Below are positions 39,203-48,384 of a stretch of 64,000 nucleotides of DNA, piece by piece. Position 1 is the first letter of the stretch. Each line of letters begins with the position of its first letter. The position numbers and the translations under genes were made by a program. Source of the stretch: an uncultured Bacilli bacterium. GTDB taxonomy: Bacteria > Bacillota_I > Bacilli_A > RF39 > UBA660. A model generated the notes under the pieces. That model saw nothing but the letters and a program-made list of their open reading frames with translations, had not been told where the DNA came from and searched no databases. The DNA lies in the NCBI GenBank assembly GCA_934130405.1, contig CAKOXX010000005.1, forward strand, positions 369 through 64,368, written 5' to 3'.

Positions 39203-39745
39203 ATGAAAAAGAATAAAGTGAATCAGAAAGGTTTTACATTAATCGAATTATTAGCAGTTATCGTTATTTTAGCTATTTTAATGACTCTAGCAATTACTAG
39301 TATGCAAGGGTATATTAATGGGGCTAAGAAAGATACATATATAACAACTGCTCAACAATTTTTACAATCTGTAAGATTAGGAATTACTAATGGCGATTAT
39401 ACTTCACCTATAGCCGGTGAATGTACAGCTGTTCATATTAATAGTATTCAAACAGAATCTGGAGTAAATAATAGTCCATTTGGAAAATCACTTGTTAATG
39501 AACAAAGTTTTATAGTAATTTATAACTCTACTTCTACAGGTAGTGATAAGTTATTATACTATGCAGCAATGAATGATACACAAGGTAATGGCTTTGTATT
39601 AACAGCAGAAAATTCTTTAGATAGAGATATTGTTAAAGTTCGTAAAGAAGGTGGATTTAGTGGAACAACATTAGTTGCCTCTGGTGCATCACTTCCACTT
39701 CCTGGTGGTTCTACTACTTGTAAACTTACAAATATTGATAAGTAA
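39203..39745 (+). CDS. Type IV pilin-like protein (tandem paralog 2)
   Basis: 180 aa, near-identical to the previous gene over the first ~155 aa and divergent in the C-terminal tail. It has the same GGAGGATG RBS context. Confidence 0.8.
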   Translation: MKKNKVNQKGFTLIELLAVIVILAILMTLAITSMQGYINGAKKDTYITTAQQFLQSVRLGITNGDYTSPIAGECTAVHINSIQTESGVNNSPFGKSLVNEQSFIVIYNSTSTGSDKLLYYAAMNDTQGNGFVLTAENSLDRDIVKVRKEGGFSGTTLVASGASLPLPGGSTTCKLTNIDK

Positions 39746-39752
39746 TTAATTG

Positions 39753-39783
39753 AAAAAAAGTCTCTAAAATTAGAGATTTTTTG
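39753..39783 (+). terminator. Rho-independent terminator after the pilin genes
   Basis: AAAAAGTCTCTA-AAAT-TAGAGATTTTTT forms a hairpin followed by a T-run. Confidence 0.55.
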
Positions 39784-39789
39784 TTTGCA

Positions 39790-39935
39790 ATTAAGAGAAC
39801 AAAACTGAAAACAAGTTTTCAGTAGCCTTACCTCACGGTAAGCCATTTCTGCTTCACAGAACTAAATTAGTTCTCCACAGACCAGTATCGGGTGGTCGCT
39901 ACCCTATTATTTTTCACTGAATTTTATTTTAAGTT
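39790..39935 (-). ncRNA. Candidate TnpB omega-RNA (reRNA) scaffold at the element's right end
   Basis: On the minus strand, directly after or overlapping the tnpB stop, there are three consecutive hairpins: GAACTAATTTAGTTC, CTTACCGTGAGGTAAG and CTGAAAACTTGTTTTCAG. This position matches where omega-RNAs are encoded in IS200/IS605 elements. Confidence 0.4.
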
Positions 39936-41086
39936 AAGCTCTGCATATATATTTTTAAACCTTCAAACATTATATTCACGCTTGCGTTGAAATCTCTATC
40001 ATGCTTTGTATGACACATTGGACATTCGTACTTTCTTATACTTAAATTCTTTAACTCTTTATTTTGAAACTCACATACACTACATACTTGACTGCTTGGG
40101 TAATATCTATCTATTTGTATTAATTTTTTGTTATTCCATTCAGCTTTATATTTAAGTACTCTAATTATTTCTCCAAGTGGGTTTGAACTTAAGCTTTTTG
40201 CTATATTATGATCCTTGTACATACTTTTAACATCTAGATTTTCACACACAATTATGTCATTTTCTTTTATTAATTTATTTGTTATATCGTGAATTAAATG
40301 TTTTCTAGCATTTCTTATCTTTTGCCATAGCCTTTGTATTTTAAGTTTTAATTTATATCTATTTTTACTTTCTCTCTTGCATCTAGCTAAAGCTCTTTGA
40401 AGTCCTTTTAGTCTTTTACTTCTATCTTTTATTATATTTTTAATTTTTTCATTATGTGATGTTACTATCAAATCCTTTATACCCAAATCTATTCCAATTA
40501 TACTTTGAGGAGTAAACATAGGTTTATATACATCTTCTTCTACTAAAATGCTAACGTAATATCTTTCGGCGTCTTTTCTTATAACTGCACTTCTAATTCT
40601 TCCATTTATACTTTCTTTATTTCTATATCCTTTTATTTTTACCCATTTTAATTTAGGAAGCTTAATCAATCTTTTTTCTAAATCAAGTTCTATCGAATTA
40701 TATACTTTTTCTTTATAGGTACTTACCACATTATTGGTTTTATAACTGTCTTTAACCCCTTTTGCTTTAAATTTAGGAAAACCACCTTGCTTAAAGAAAT
40801 GGTCATAAGCACATTCTAAATCATTTGAAGCATTTCTAAGAGAACAGCTATCAACCTCTTTTAAAAATGGATATTTCACAAGTAGACTTGGTATCATGGT
40901 ATTCTGGTCATATGCAGATTTACCTTTTTTAGTATTGTTGTAAGTATCAATTCTATCCCTTAAAAAGATATTATAGACAAGTCTAGCAGAACCGATAGTT
41001 TTATTTATTAAAATCTTTTGCTCTACATTTGGATAAAGTCTAAAAATATACCCTTTAAGTACTTTCGTATAATCACCTCAATTCAT
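39929..41086 (-). pseudogene. tnpB: TnpB (IS605 OrfB-type RNA-guided nuclease), 385 codons with an in-frame TGA at codon 3
   Basis: RuvC motifs: IGIDLGIKDL, IVCENLDVKSM and DRDFNASVNI. Zinc finger: CSVCEF...CPMCHTKH. The N-terminal YIFRLYPNVEQ motif lies upstream of the tracked ORF (39929-40897) but in frame with it. The ATG at 41086-41084 is followed by AAT and then TGA (41080-41078). Confidence 0.7.
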
Positions 41087-41396
41087 TAGAATATAGCATA
41101 TCACATAAAACAAACGTTTGCAATGAGCATTTAAAACTTTTTATAAATTTCCTATTGTACAAAAAAATAGGAAGTTAGTTAAACTAACTTCCAAAAAGAA
41201 TAAAAAGGGGTTGGCTAGTGTGATACTAGCTACCAATTCGCCTAATTCCGAATTGGTGATTTCTATAATAACGGTAAAAGGGTAGTTTGTCAATCATTTT
41301 TCTAAAAAAAGTTCATAAAAAAATTTTATTGATAAATACCTTATCTTGTAGACTTTTTAAATTTAATAAATTATACTTAACTAAAGGAGAAAAATT

Positions 41397-42293
41397 ATGT
41401 TAAAAGTTAAGAATATTACTAAATATTATGGTGCTAATAAAGCGGTAGATAATTTGTCTTTTACAGTAGAAAAAGGTGAAATATTTGGCCTTTTAGGAGA
41501 AAATGGTGCTGGAAAAACTACTACTTTTAGAATCATTCTAGGTCTTATTACTGCTAGTAGCGGTAGTGTCACATTAGATGGTAAAAGTATTGATTATAGT
41601 GTTACTGACAAAATTGGTTACGTAACAGAAGAGCGCAGTCTTTTAACAAAGATGACTGTTAAGAATCAAATATTACTCTATGGGGTTTTAAAAGGTATGG
41701 AAGAAGAAGAAATACTGACAGAAATGCGCAAGTGGTTAGTTAAATTTCAAATACCTGAATATGAAAACAGAAAGATAAAAGAACTATCTAAAGGAAATCA
41801 ACAAAAGATACAGTTCATCGCTGCTGTTATCAATCATCCGAAGTTATTAATACTAGATGAACCTTTCTCTGGACTTGATCCTATTAATGTGGAACTTTTA
41901 AAGAAAGCGATTATTGAATTACAAAAAGATGGTTGTGCTATCATCTTTTCTTCCCATCAAATGGAACAGATTGAAGACTTTTGTGAGAAACTAGTTATTC
42001 TATCAAAAGGAAAAGTAGTGGTATCAGGTTATCTAAAAGATATAAAGAGTGAATATCGAAAGAAAAATATCTTATTAAGGGGAGATAATCTTCCATTAGA
42101 TGATATAAAAAAGATAAAAGGTGTAATATCAGTTAGTGAACATAGAGGAGAGTACTTAGTTAAAGTAGATGAACTTTCTATTGCTAGTTCGATTTTTAAA
42201 CTAGTAAAGAAATATGACATTACTAAGTATGATGTTACGGAACCAACTTTAAATGAAATCTTTATTGAGAAAGTAGGTGCTAAAAATGCTTAG
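41397..42293 (+). CDS. ABC transporter ATP-binding protein (NatA/YhaQ-like, ABC-2 type)
   Basis: Walker A is GENGAGKTT, the signature is LSKGNQQKIQ and Walker B is LLILDEP. A C-terminal extra domain is typical of ABC-2 exporters. Confidence 0.9.
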   Translation: MLKVKNITKYYGANKAVDNLSFTVEKGEIFGLLGENGAGKTTTFRIILGLITASSGSVTLDGKSIDYSVTDKIGYVTEERSLLTKMTVKNQILLYGVLKGMEEEEILTEMRKWLVKFQIPEYENRKIKELSKGNQQKIQFIAAVINHPKLLILDEPFSGLDPINVELLKKAIIELQKDGCAIIFSSHQMEQIEDFCEKLVILSKGKVVVSGYLKDIKSEYRKKNILLRGDNLPLDDIKKIKGVISVSEHRGEYLVKVDELSIASSIFKLVKKYDITKYDVTEPTLNEIFIEKVGAKNA

Positions 42294-43566
42294 AAAGTTT
42301 TTCTATTTAGTTAAGATAAGTTTCAATAAAAAGTTAAAATCAAAATGGTTTATTGCTGTAAATGTTATTTTAGCAATTGCTATGTTTGCTTTATTCAACT
42401 TAAATTCTATCATAACTTTTTTTGGTGGAGACTTTGATAAATCTTTAGAAATACTTGTTTATGATAAAACTAATATTTCTTATGATTACTTAAAAAATAA
42501 TCTTACTAATCTTGCTAATAATTTAGATGAAGATAAACTAGTTATTAAACAAGTTACAGAAAATAAAAAAGAACTAAAAGATGATGAGATTCTAATTACT
42601 CTTAATATTGATGATAAATTATTATCTGCTAGTGTAACTAGTGAGAAGAAAATTGACCAAGATATTTATCAACTAATCTATCAGAGTTTAAATAGTACTA
42701 AGCAACAAGTCTTAGTAGAGAAATTAAACTTAGATAGTAATACACTTGCTATGTTATCAAATAGTATTGATATAAACCGAATAGTTTTACGTGATAAAAA
42801 GACACAAGATGAGAATATGTCAATGATTATGAGTACAATCTTTCCAAGTTTGATTTTACCATTCTTTATGTTAATCGTTTTCCTTGTCCAGATGGTCGGT
42901 GGAGAAATCTGTGAAGAAAAAACAACAAAAAGTATGGAAATAATTATTTCTAACGTTAGTCCGAAGACTCATCTCTTATCAAAGATAGTAGCTAATAATT
43001 TATTTGTATTATTACAAGGTATCTTATTTTTCTTATATGGTTTAGTTTCATATTTTATAAGTAGTAGAAATGGCAGTCTTAATATTCCATCAGAAATAAC
43101 TAATATTTGGGATGGGTTGGTAGCAACAGGTTTACTTAAAAATATTATATCTTTTATTCCTTTCTTATTAGTACTTATCTTGTTATCATTCTTGGCTTAT
43201 TCCTTACTTGCTGGAATACTTGCCTCAATGACTACCAATATTGAAGACTTTCAACAGTTACAAGCTCCGATTGTTTTCATCTTATTAGCTGGTTATTACT
43301 TATCAATTATGGCAAGTATGTTTCAAGGAAGCGCTTTCTTAAAAGCAGCTTCTTATATTCCACTTATCTCTTGTCTTTTATCACCAACTTTGTTTGTAAT
43401 GGGAGAAGTTACAATGGTAGATGTAACAATTTCAATTGTTTTACTTATCGTTTTCTTATACTTGATTGTAAATTATGGAATGAAAGTTTATAAAGTGGGA
43501 ATACTAAACTATTCAAATGAAAAAGTTTGGACTAGATTTATAAAAGCATTTAGAAAAGAAGATTAG
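42277..43566 (+). CDS. ABC-2 type transporter permease (NatB/YhaP-like)
   Basis: 429 aa with an N-terminal TM, a large extracytoplasmic loop and a C-terminal cluster of TM helices. It overlaps the ATPase gene. Confidence 0.8.
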   Translation: MLKMLRKFFYLVKISFNKKLKSKWFIAVNVILAIAMFALFNLNSIITFFGGDFDKSLEILVYDKTNISYDYLKNNLTNLANNLDEDKLVIKQVTENKKELKDDEILITLNIDDKLLSASVTSEKKIDQDIYQLIYQSLNSTKQQVLVEKLNLDSNTLAMLSNSIDINRIVLRDKKTQDENMSMIMSTIFPSLILPFFMLIVFLVQMVGGEICEEKTTKSMEIIISNVSPKTHLLSKIVANNLFVLLQGILFFLYGLVSYFISSRNGSLNIPSEITNIWDGLVATGLLKNIISFIPFLLVLILLSFLAYSLLAGILASMTTNIEDFQQLQAPIVFILLAGYYLSIMASMFQGSAFLKAASYIPLISCLLSPTLFVMGEVTMVDVTISIVLLIVFLYLIVNYGMKVYKVGILNYSNEKVWTRFIKAFRKED

Positions 43567-43576
43567 GGGTGAAATA

Positions 43577-44494
43577 ATGGCTAAGATTGTGATTATTGGT
43601 TTAGGACACGTTGGACTTGCATATTTAGAAAATTTGATTTTTGATAAAAGTATTAGTGGTGAAGTGGTTTTAATTGATAATGATGAAGAAAAACTTAAAG
43701 GAGAAATACTCGATATTGAGCAGGGTCTAGTTCTTAATAATAGCAATGTTGATCTTAAGATAGGTGATTATAGTTCGCTAGATAATGCTGATATTTGTGT
43801 TTTAACACTTGGCTTACCACAAAGTAAAAAAAGTAGGTTAGAGGACTTAGCTGGTGCTAGTAAGATGGTAAAAGAAGTAACTGAGAAAATAGAAAACACT
43901 TCTTTTAATGGAATAATTTTGGTAGCTACTAATCCGGTTGATGTTATAAGCCAAATGGTAGCAGCTAATTTAGCTTATCCTTATCAAAGAGTGATAGGAA
44001 CAGGAACAATGCTTGATACTATTAGACTTAAAAGTTTAATCAGTAAGAAGGTTAATGTTTCTCCTGATGATATTAATGTCTATGTTTTAGGAGAACATGG
44101 CAATAGTCAGTTTGTTTATTATAACAATGCTAATATTTCTATGTCTTCAATAAAGAATTATTTATCAAAAGAAGAAAGAGATGAGCTGGCATCACTGACT
44201 AAAAAGATGGGGAGTTTAATAGTAACTAATAAGGGTTATACTTCGTTTGGAGTAGCTAGTTGTTTATTAGAACTTACTAAAACTATTTTAAATGATTCTA
44301 GAAAGATTTACCCAGTATCACATTATCAAGCTGATTATGATTTATATTTTTCAATGCCTGCAGTGATTGGAAAAAGTGGTATAATTAAAACAGTACCAGT
44401 TAAACTTAGTGAGGAAGAAGAAAAGCAATTAGTGATGGTTACTAGGGTTTTAAAAAGTGCTGTGGATGAAGTGGTACCACCAGAATTATATTAG
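43577..44494 (+). CDS. ldh: L-lactate/malate dehydrogenase family protein (probable L-lactate dehydrogenase)
   Basis: 305 aa with the Rossmann motif KIVIIGLGHVG, plus ATNPVD and the catalytic-His region GEHGNSQF. Confidence 0.8.
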   Translation: MAKIVIIGLGHVGLAYLENLIFDKSISGEVVLIDNDEEKLKGEILDIEQGLVLNNSNVDLKIGDYSSLDNADICVLTLGLPQSKKSRLEDLAGASKMVKEVTEKIENTSFNGIILVATNPVDVISQMVAANLAYPYQRVIGTGTMLDTIRLKSLISKKVNVSPDDINVYVLGEHGNSQFVYYNNANISMSSIKNYLSKEERDELASLTKKMGSLIVTNKGYTSFGVASCLLELTKTILNDSRKIYPVSHYQADYDLYFSMPAVIGKSGIIKTVPVKLSEEEEKQLVMVTRVLKSAVDEVVPPELY

Positions 44495-44503
44495 GAGGAA
44501 GCA

Positions 44504-44824
44504 ATGTTTAATTTTATTTATTTAGTAATTTTATGTTTATTAGTAGCGATTATTTTTGCTAGCTGCTATAAGTTTTTAAGATTTAAAAAGTGGTCATTAG
44601 CAATTGGGGGTTTCATTTATTCTTTAATAGTAATAATTACTACTTTAATATTCTTTGAAGGTAGATTAAAAAGTAGTGAAGTTGACTATTTAATTAGTTC
44701 TTTAGGAGAAGGCAATATCTTTGCAATTATAGTTTTACTTTTACAGTTAGTATTATGTTTTGTTACAGTATTTGATTATTACCAAGTTTTAAAATTAGTA
44801 AAACCTATTAAAGATACAAAATAA
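44504..44824 (+). CDS. Small integral membrane protein
   Basis: 106 aa with three predicted TM helices and a GGAGG RBS. Confidence 0.5.
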   Translation: MFNFIYLVILCLLVAIIFASCYKFLRFKKWSLAIGGFIYSLIVIITTLIFFEGRLKSSEVDYLISSLGEGNIFAIIVLLLQLVLCFVTVFDYYQVLKLVKPIKDTK

Positions 44825-44825
44825 A

Positions 44826-44872
44826 AAGACTATTATCGAGTGATTAGTTCATTTGTTAATAGTCTTCTTTTA
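44826..44872. terminator. Hairpin terminator (could act in both directions)
   Basis: The stem is AAGACTATTA/TAATAGTCTT, followed by CTTTT. Confidence 0.5.
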
Positions 44873-45152
44873 TTAAGAATTAGAAATTTCTTCTAGCTCA
44901 CTAATAGAAAGTCCGGTATACGTAGAAATTTTATCTAAACTTTCATTGTTACTTAACATTAGTTTAGCTATTTCTAGTTTTGTTTCTGTTTTTCAAACAA
45001 TAATACCATTATCAACGTTTTCTTTCATAAGCAGAGTTTCGACACCTTTCCTCTACCTTTTCAGTATTATACCAGGCATTAGATTCATCATTGAGTTCCA
45101 ATTTCTCAATCTCATCCATTATGACCAGTCCTTTGGTGCTATAAAAGTGTAA
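44873..45152 (-). pseudogene. Degraded C-terminal fragment of another Rpn-family nuclease gene
   Basis: The minus-strand translation, broken by stops, reads ...MDEIEKLELNDESNAWYNTEKVEERCRNSAYERKR* ... KTETKLEIAKLMLSNNESLDKISTYTGLSISELEEISNS*. This resembles the C-terminal repeat and HTH tail of Rpn proteins. Confidence 0.4.
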
Positions 45153-45374
45153 TAATTAATTGCAGAAATGTGATTGAATATTACACTTCTTTTTATTATG
45201 ATTGAAGTGATTGGATAACGTGAGTCTTTTAGAGATAACGTTCTCGTATTTCACATAATATATTCGTTTAAGCAAGTTGAGATTGAAATAATTTTCGTGT
45301 AAAGAGCCAAAATTAGAATATGTAGAGGAGTTGGAACCAATTATAATTAAGAGAAGGATAGGAAGGAAAATAAA

Positions 45375-46525
45375 ATGAAGTATGGAATTGGCATTGATGT
45401 TTCAAAAGGAAAAAGTACGATAGCTGTATTATCAGCTGCTGGAGAGTTGATTGTTGAACCATTTGAAATAAATCATGATATAGAAGGAGTAAAATTATTA
45501 GAGGAAAAAATAAAAGATATTCCAAAAGAAGATTTAAAGATAGTCATGGAAGAGACAGGAACATATCATTTACCAATATTAGGTTATTTACTTGATAAAG
45601 GATACTTTGTTGTTGCTGAAAATGCTTTGAAAAATAAAAAGTATCTTGATTGAGGATTAAGAAAAGCTAAGACAGATAAAAAAGATTCTTTAAAGTTAGC
45701 TGAGTATTGCTGTGATAATTGGTATAAGTTAAACAAGATAAGAGAAAACGATGAAATATATAATAATTTAAGATTCTTATCAAGGAGATATTTAGATAAT
45801 GTGGCTATTCAAACAAAAGAGAAGATAAGTTTTTCTAATTTATGTGATTTATTATTTTCTGGGTATTATCAACTGCTAGATGAAAACAATTTTATTTTAT
45901 GTTTAGGAGTATTTAAAAAGTATTATCATCCAGCCATTGTTACAACAAAAAACAATCTCAATTTATAATCGAGATTGATGAACTTGCAAAAAAGTTAGGA
46001 CATAAAAGTGCTGGAATAAACCTAGCAAAAAAAAGTTTATAATCTGGCACTTAATACAATCAGTCCGCATCCTAACAATAAATATACACAACTTTCAGCA
46101 GAATGTTGTGTTGATGAATTGATTTTAACAATTAATTCATCTAATAAGATTATAGTAGAAATGGATGAACTTGCAAGAGAATTACCAGAATATGAAGAAA
46201 TAAATAAAATGCCTGGTGTTGGTAAGAAATTAACATCAAGAATAATTGCTGAAATTGGTGATGTGAGAAAATTTAAAAATGCTGGAAGTATTATTGCATA
46301 TGCAAGATTAGACGCACACCACCATATCAATCAGGAAAATTTGAAGCCACGAATAGACATATTTCTAAAAGAGGAAACAAGCATTTAGTAAAAACTGGAT
46401 ACGAAGTGATGAAATCAATCAAAAGTAGTTGTAAGTCGGATAACGAATTAAAAGCATATATTATAAAAAAAGAAAATGAAGGTAAATCAAAGAAATCTGC
46501 TAAAGTGGTAAATATGCTTACTTAA
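45375..46525 (+). pseudogene. IS110-family transposase gene inactivated by an in-frame stop and frameshifts
   Basis: The N-terminus YGIGIDVSKGKSTIAV...VMEETGTYH is the DEDD domain. An in-frame TGA lies at 45651-45653, followed by GLRKAKTDKKDS. Later segments (MPGVGKKLTSRIIAEIGDVRKF and HISKRGNKHL) are in different frames. Confidence 0.75.
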
Positions 46526-46656
46526 ATTGCAAAAAAAGACCCCAAAATGAGGTCTGGTGTTAGCATACCTAAAATTAACTAAAAAATTTTAAAATTATTT
46601 TATCAAAATCTATTGATTTTTATTAGAAAGTTTTTTATAAATATCTAATTTAAGTC

Positions 46657-46687
46657 TTGACCGTGAGTTAACTCTCTGGTTTATACT
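46657..46687 (+). promoter_or_regulatory. MerR-type promoter (19-nt spacer with an imperfect dyad)
   Basis: TTGACC (46657-46662), a 19-nt spacer GTGAGTTAACTCTCTGGTT, then TATACT (46682-46687). The dyad CcGtGAGTTAACTCtCtG is centred on TTAA. Confidence 0.5.
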
Positions 46688-46720
46688 TTAATTGTATTAA
46701 AGTTTAAGGAGGAATAAAAG

Positions 46721-47224
46721 ATGAAAAGTTTAGTAATTTATTTTTCTCATACTGGAGAAAGCTACATAAATGGAACCATTAGAAATATTACGAAGGGTAA
46801 TACAGAAATAGTTGTTGAAAAAATAAAAGAAATCACTGGTGCAGATTTGTTTAAAGTAGAACCAGTAACAGCATATCCATATAACTATCAGGAATGTTGT
46901 GATGTTGCTAAGGAAGAACTTAATAATAATATTAAAAGAGAAACAAAGAGTGAATTAACTAGTATAGCTGATTACGATACAATCTATATTGGTGGACCTG
47001 TTTGGTTGGGACATTATCCAATGCCATTACTTGCTACGTTAGAAAAGTTAGATTTCTCTTCTAAAAAAGTAAAACCATTTACTACTCATGATGGCTCTGG
47101 TTTAGGCAGTGTTATGAGTGATGTAGAAAAATACTGTAAAAATGCTATCGTTGAAAGTGGTTTGAGCATTGTAGGAAGTAATGTAAATAATGCTGAAGAA
47201 AAATTAGAAAGTTGGTGTAAATAA
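46721..47224 (+). CDS. Flavodoxin-like protein
   Basis: 167 aa with LVIYFSHTGES at the N-terminus and GGPVWLGHYP. This is the flavodoxin_4-like pattern. Confidence 0.75.
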   Translation: MKSLVIYFSHTGESYINGTIRNITKGNTEIVVEKIKEITGADLFKVEPVTAYPYNYQECCDVAKEELNNNIKRETKSELTSIADYDTIYIGGPVWLGHYPMPLLATLEKLDFSSKKVKPFTTHDGSGLGSVMSDVEKYCKNAIVESGLSIVGSNVNNAEEKLESWCK

Positions 47225-47475
47225 TGGTAAAACAAACAGCAGGTAAAGATCAACTAGGTGGTTTTGCTGATAAATTTGCTGAATATAATGATGATTTATT
47301 ATTTGGTGAAGTTTGAATAGAACAGATAAGTTATCTTTAAAAGATAGAAGTATGATAACTATTGCTGCTTTAATGGGAAAAGGTATAAATGATTACACAA
47401 TTAGCTTTTTATACTGGTTGGCCTAATGCCTGGGCAGTGTTTAAAATGGGAAAGGAAGTATATAAAGATGAATGA
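47224..47475 (+). pseudogene. Carboxymuconolactone decarboxylase-family gene, frameshifted and internally deleted
   Basis: It begins MVKQTAGKDQLGGFADKFAEYNDDLLFGEV and then hits TGA where the family has W. Restoring one G gives WNRTDKLSLKDRSMITIAALMGKGI. The tail ...AFYTGWPNAWAVFKMGKEVYKDE is in another frame, and the central part is missing. Confidence 0.55.
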
Positions 47476-47893
47476 TAAAGAGTTTGATAAAATAAATGTT
47501 TTTGGGAAAGGTAATGAAAATATCGATTATGCTAAATATTTTATTGGAAAAAGTTATTTAAATCCTTTAACTAATCCGAAAGAAACAGTTTTTCTTGCTA
47601 ATGTTACCTTTGAACCTGCTTGTAGAAATAACTGGCATATTCATCATGCTAAAAGTGGTGGTGGTCAAATATTAATTTGTACAGCTGGTAGTGGTTGGTA
47701 TCAAGAAGAAGAAAAAGATGCCGTTAGTCTAGAACCAGGTATGGTAATTACAATTCCTGCAAACGTTAAACACTGGCATGGAGCGAAAAAAGATTCTTGG
47801 TTTAGTCATATTGCTGTAGAAGTACCAGGAGAAGAAACTTCAAACGAATGGTGTGAAGCAGTAACCGATGAAGCGTATGCTAAATTAGGTTAA
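47468..47893 (+). CDS. Cupin-domain protein
   Basis: 141 aa from ATG 47468. The cupin motifs are NNWHIHHAKSGGGQILI and PANVKHWHGA. Confidence 0.8.
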   Translation: MNDKEFDKINVFGKGNENIDYAKYFIGKSYLNPLTNPKETVFLANVTFEPACRNNWHIHHAKSGGGQILICTAGSGWYQEEEKDAVSLEPGMVITIPANVKHWHGAKKDSWFSHIAVEVPGEETSNEWCEAVTDEAYAKLG

Positions 47894-47924
47894 ATAGTAA
47901 AAATAGTTGGAGGTTACATAAAAA

Positions 47925-48137
47925 ATGAATAATAAAGAAAAAGCAAGAGAATTTTGTTTAGAAGTAAAGAAACTAGCAAAAGAGTATGATTTACCATTTT
48001 TTGTTGTTACAGATGGCGCTTCTGCTACTAGTAATAATAACTGTAGTGCGGTAAAAAATGCAAGAGATGCACATATTAAATGGGAACAAGAAAATGGTTA
48101 TAATCCCTTTGAAGACTGGTCTAAAAACGAAAAATAG
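47925..48137 (+). CDS. Hypothetical small protein (70 aa)
   Basis: A GGAGG RBS and coding-like composition. I did not recognise a family. Confidence 0.45.
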   Translation: MNNKEKAREFCLEVKKLAKEYDLPFFVVTDGASATSNNNCSAVKNARDAHIKWEQENGYNPFEDWSKNEK

Positions 48138-48159
48138 CCGTATAATCATACAAAAATGA

Positions 48160-48354
48160 TTAAAAACAAAAAATGTTATCAATGACTTAGCAAAAAATCA
48201 TACAGTTATTATTGTTGCACATAGATTAAGTACAATAGTTGATTCTGATAATATTTTTGTTTTAGATAAACATAAAATAAGTGCTAGTGGAACACATAAT
48301 GAATTGATGAAAAATTGTGCTGAATATAGAAATTTGTATGAAATAGAAGAGTAA
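48160..48354 (+). pseudogene. 3'-terminal fragment of an ABC exporter ATPase gene
   Basis: The translation ...NVINDLAKNHTVIIVAHRLSTIVDSDNIFVLDKHKISASGTHNELMKNCAEYRNLYEIEE* covers the H-loop to the C-terminus. Walker A, Walker B and the TM domain are absent upstream. Confidence 0.65.
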
Positions 48355-48384
48355 GAAAATAATAAAAATAAAAAGTGAGATTAG

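Larger units (their letters stand above)
39790..41290 (-). mobile_element. IS200/IS605-family element carrying only tnpB (no tnpA); boundaries approximate
   Basis: The tnpB reading frame is flanked by structured ends. Hairpins lie at 41150-41260 (GGAAGTTAGTTAAACTAACTTCC; CCAATTCG...CGAATTGG) and at 39800-39925. No Y1 transposase ORF is present. Confidence 0.6.

Noticed and set aside
41078-41080. TGA at tnpB codon 3 read as Trp (genetic code 4), which would make the gene intact
   Set aside because: Several well-supported genes in the window terminate at TGA, for example those ending at 8387, 51420, 56991 and 61542. Housekeeping genes also show no internal TGA codons. TGA is therefore a stop in this genome.
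41150-41290. A structured region upstream of the ABC transporter (GGTTGGCTAGT...ACTAGCTACC; CCAATTCG...CGAATTGG) as a riboswitch for the transporter
   Set aside because: It lies directly adjacent to the 5' end of tnpB and has the look of IS200/IS605 left-end subterminal hairpins. I recognised no aptamer core, and an AT-rich gap of more than 100 nt separates it from the ABC start codon.
44946-46388. Track ORFs 44946-45152 (+), 45313-45525 (-), 46037-46330 (-) and 46119-46388 (+) treated as independent genes
   Set aside because: The first three are shadow readings over the Rpn fragment and the IS110 remnant. The ORF 46119-46388 is simply one surviving frame segment of the frameshifted IS110 transposase.
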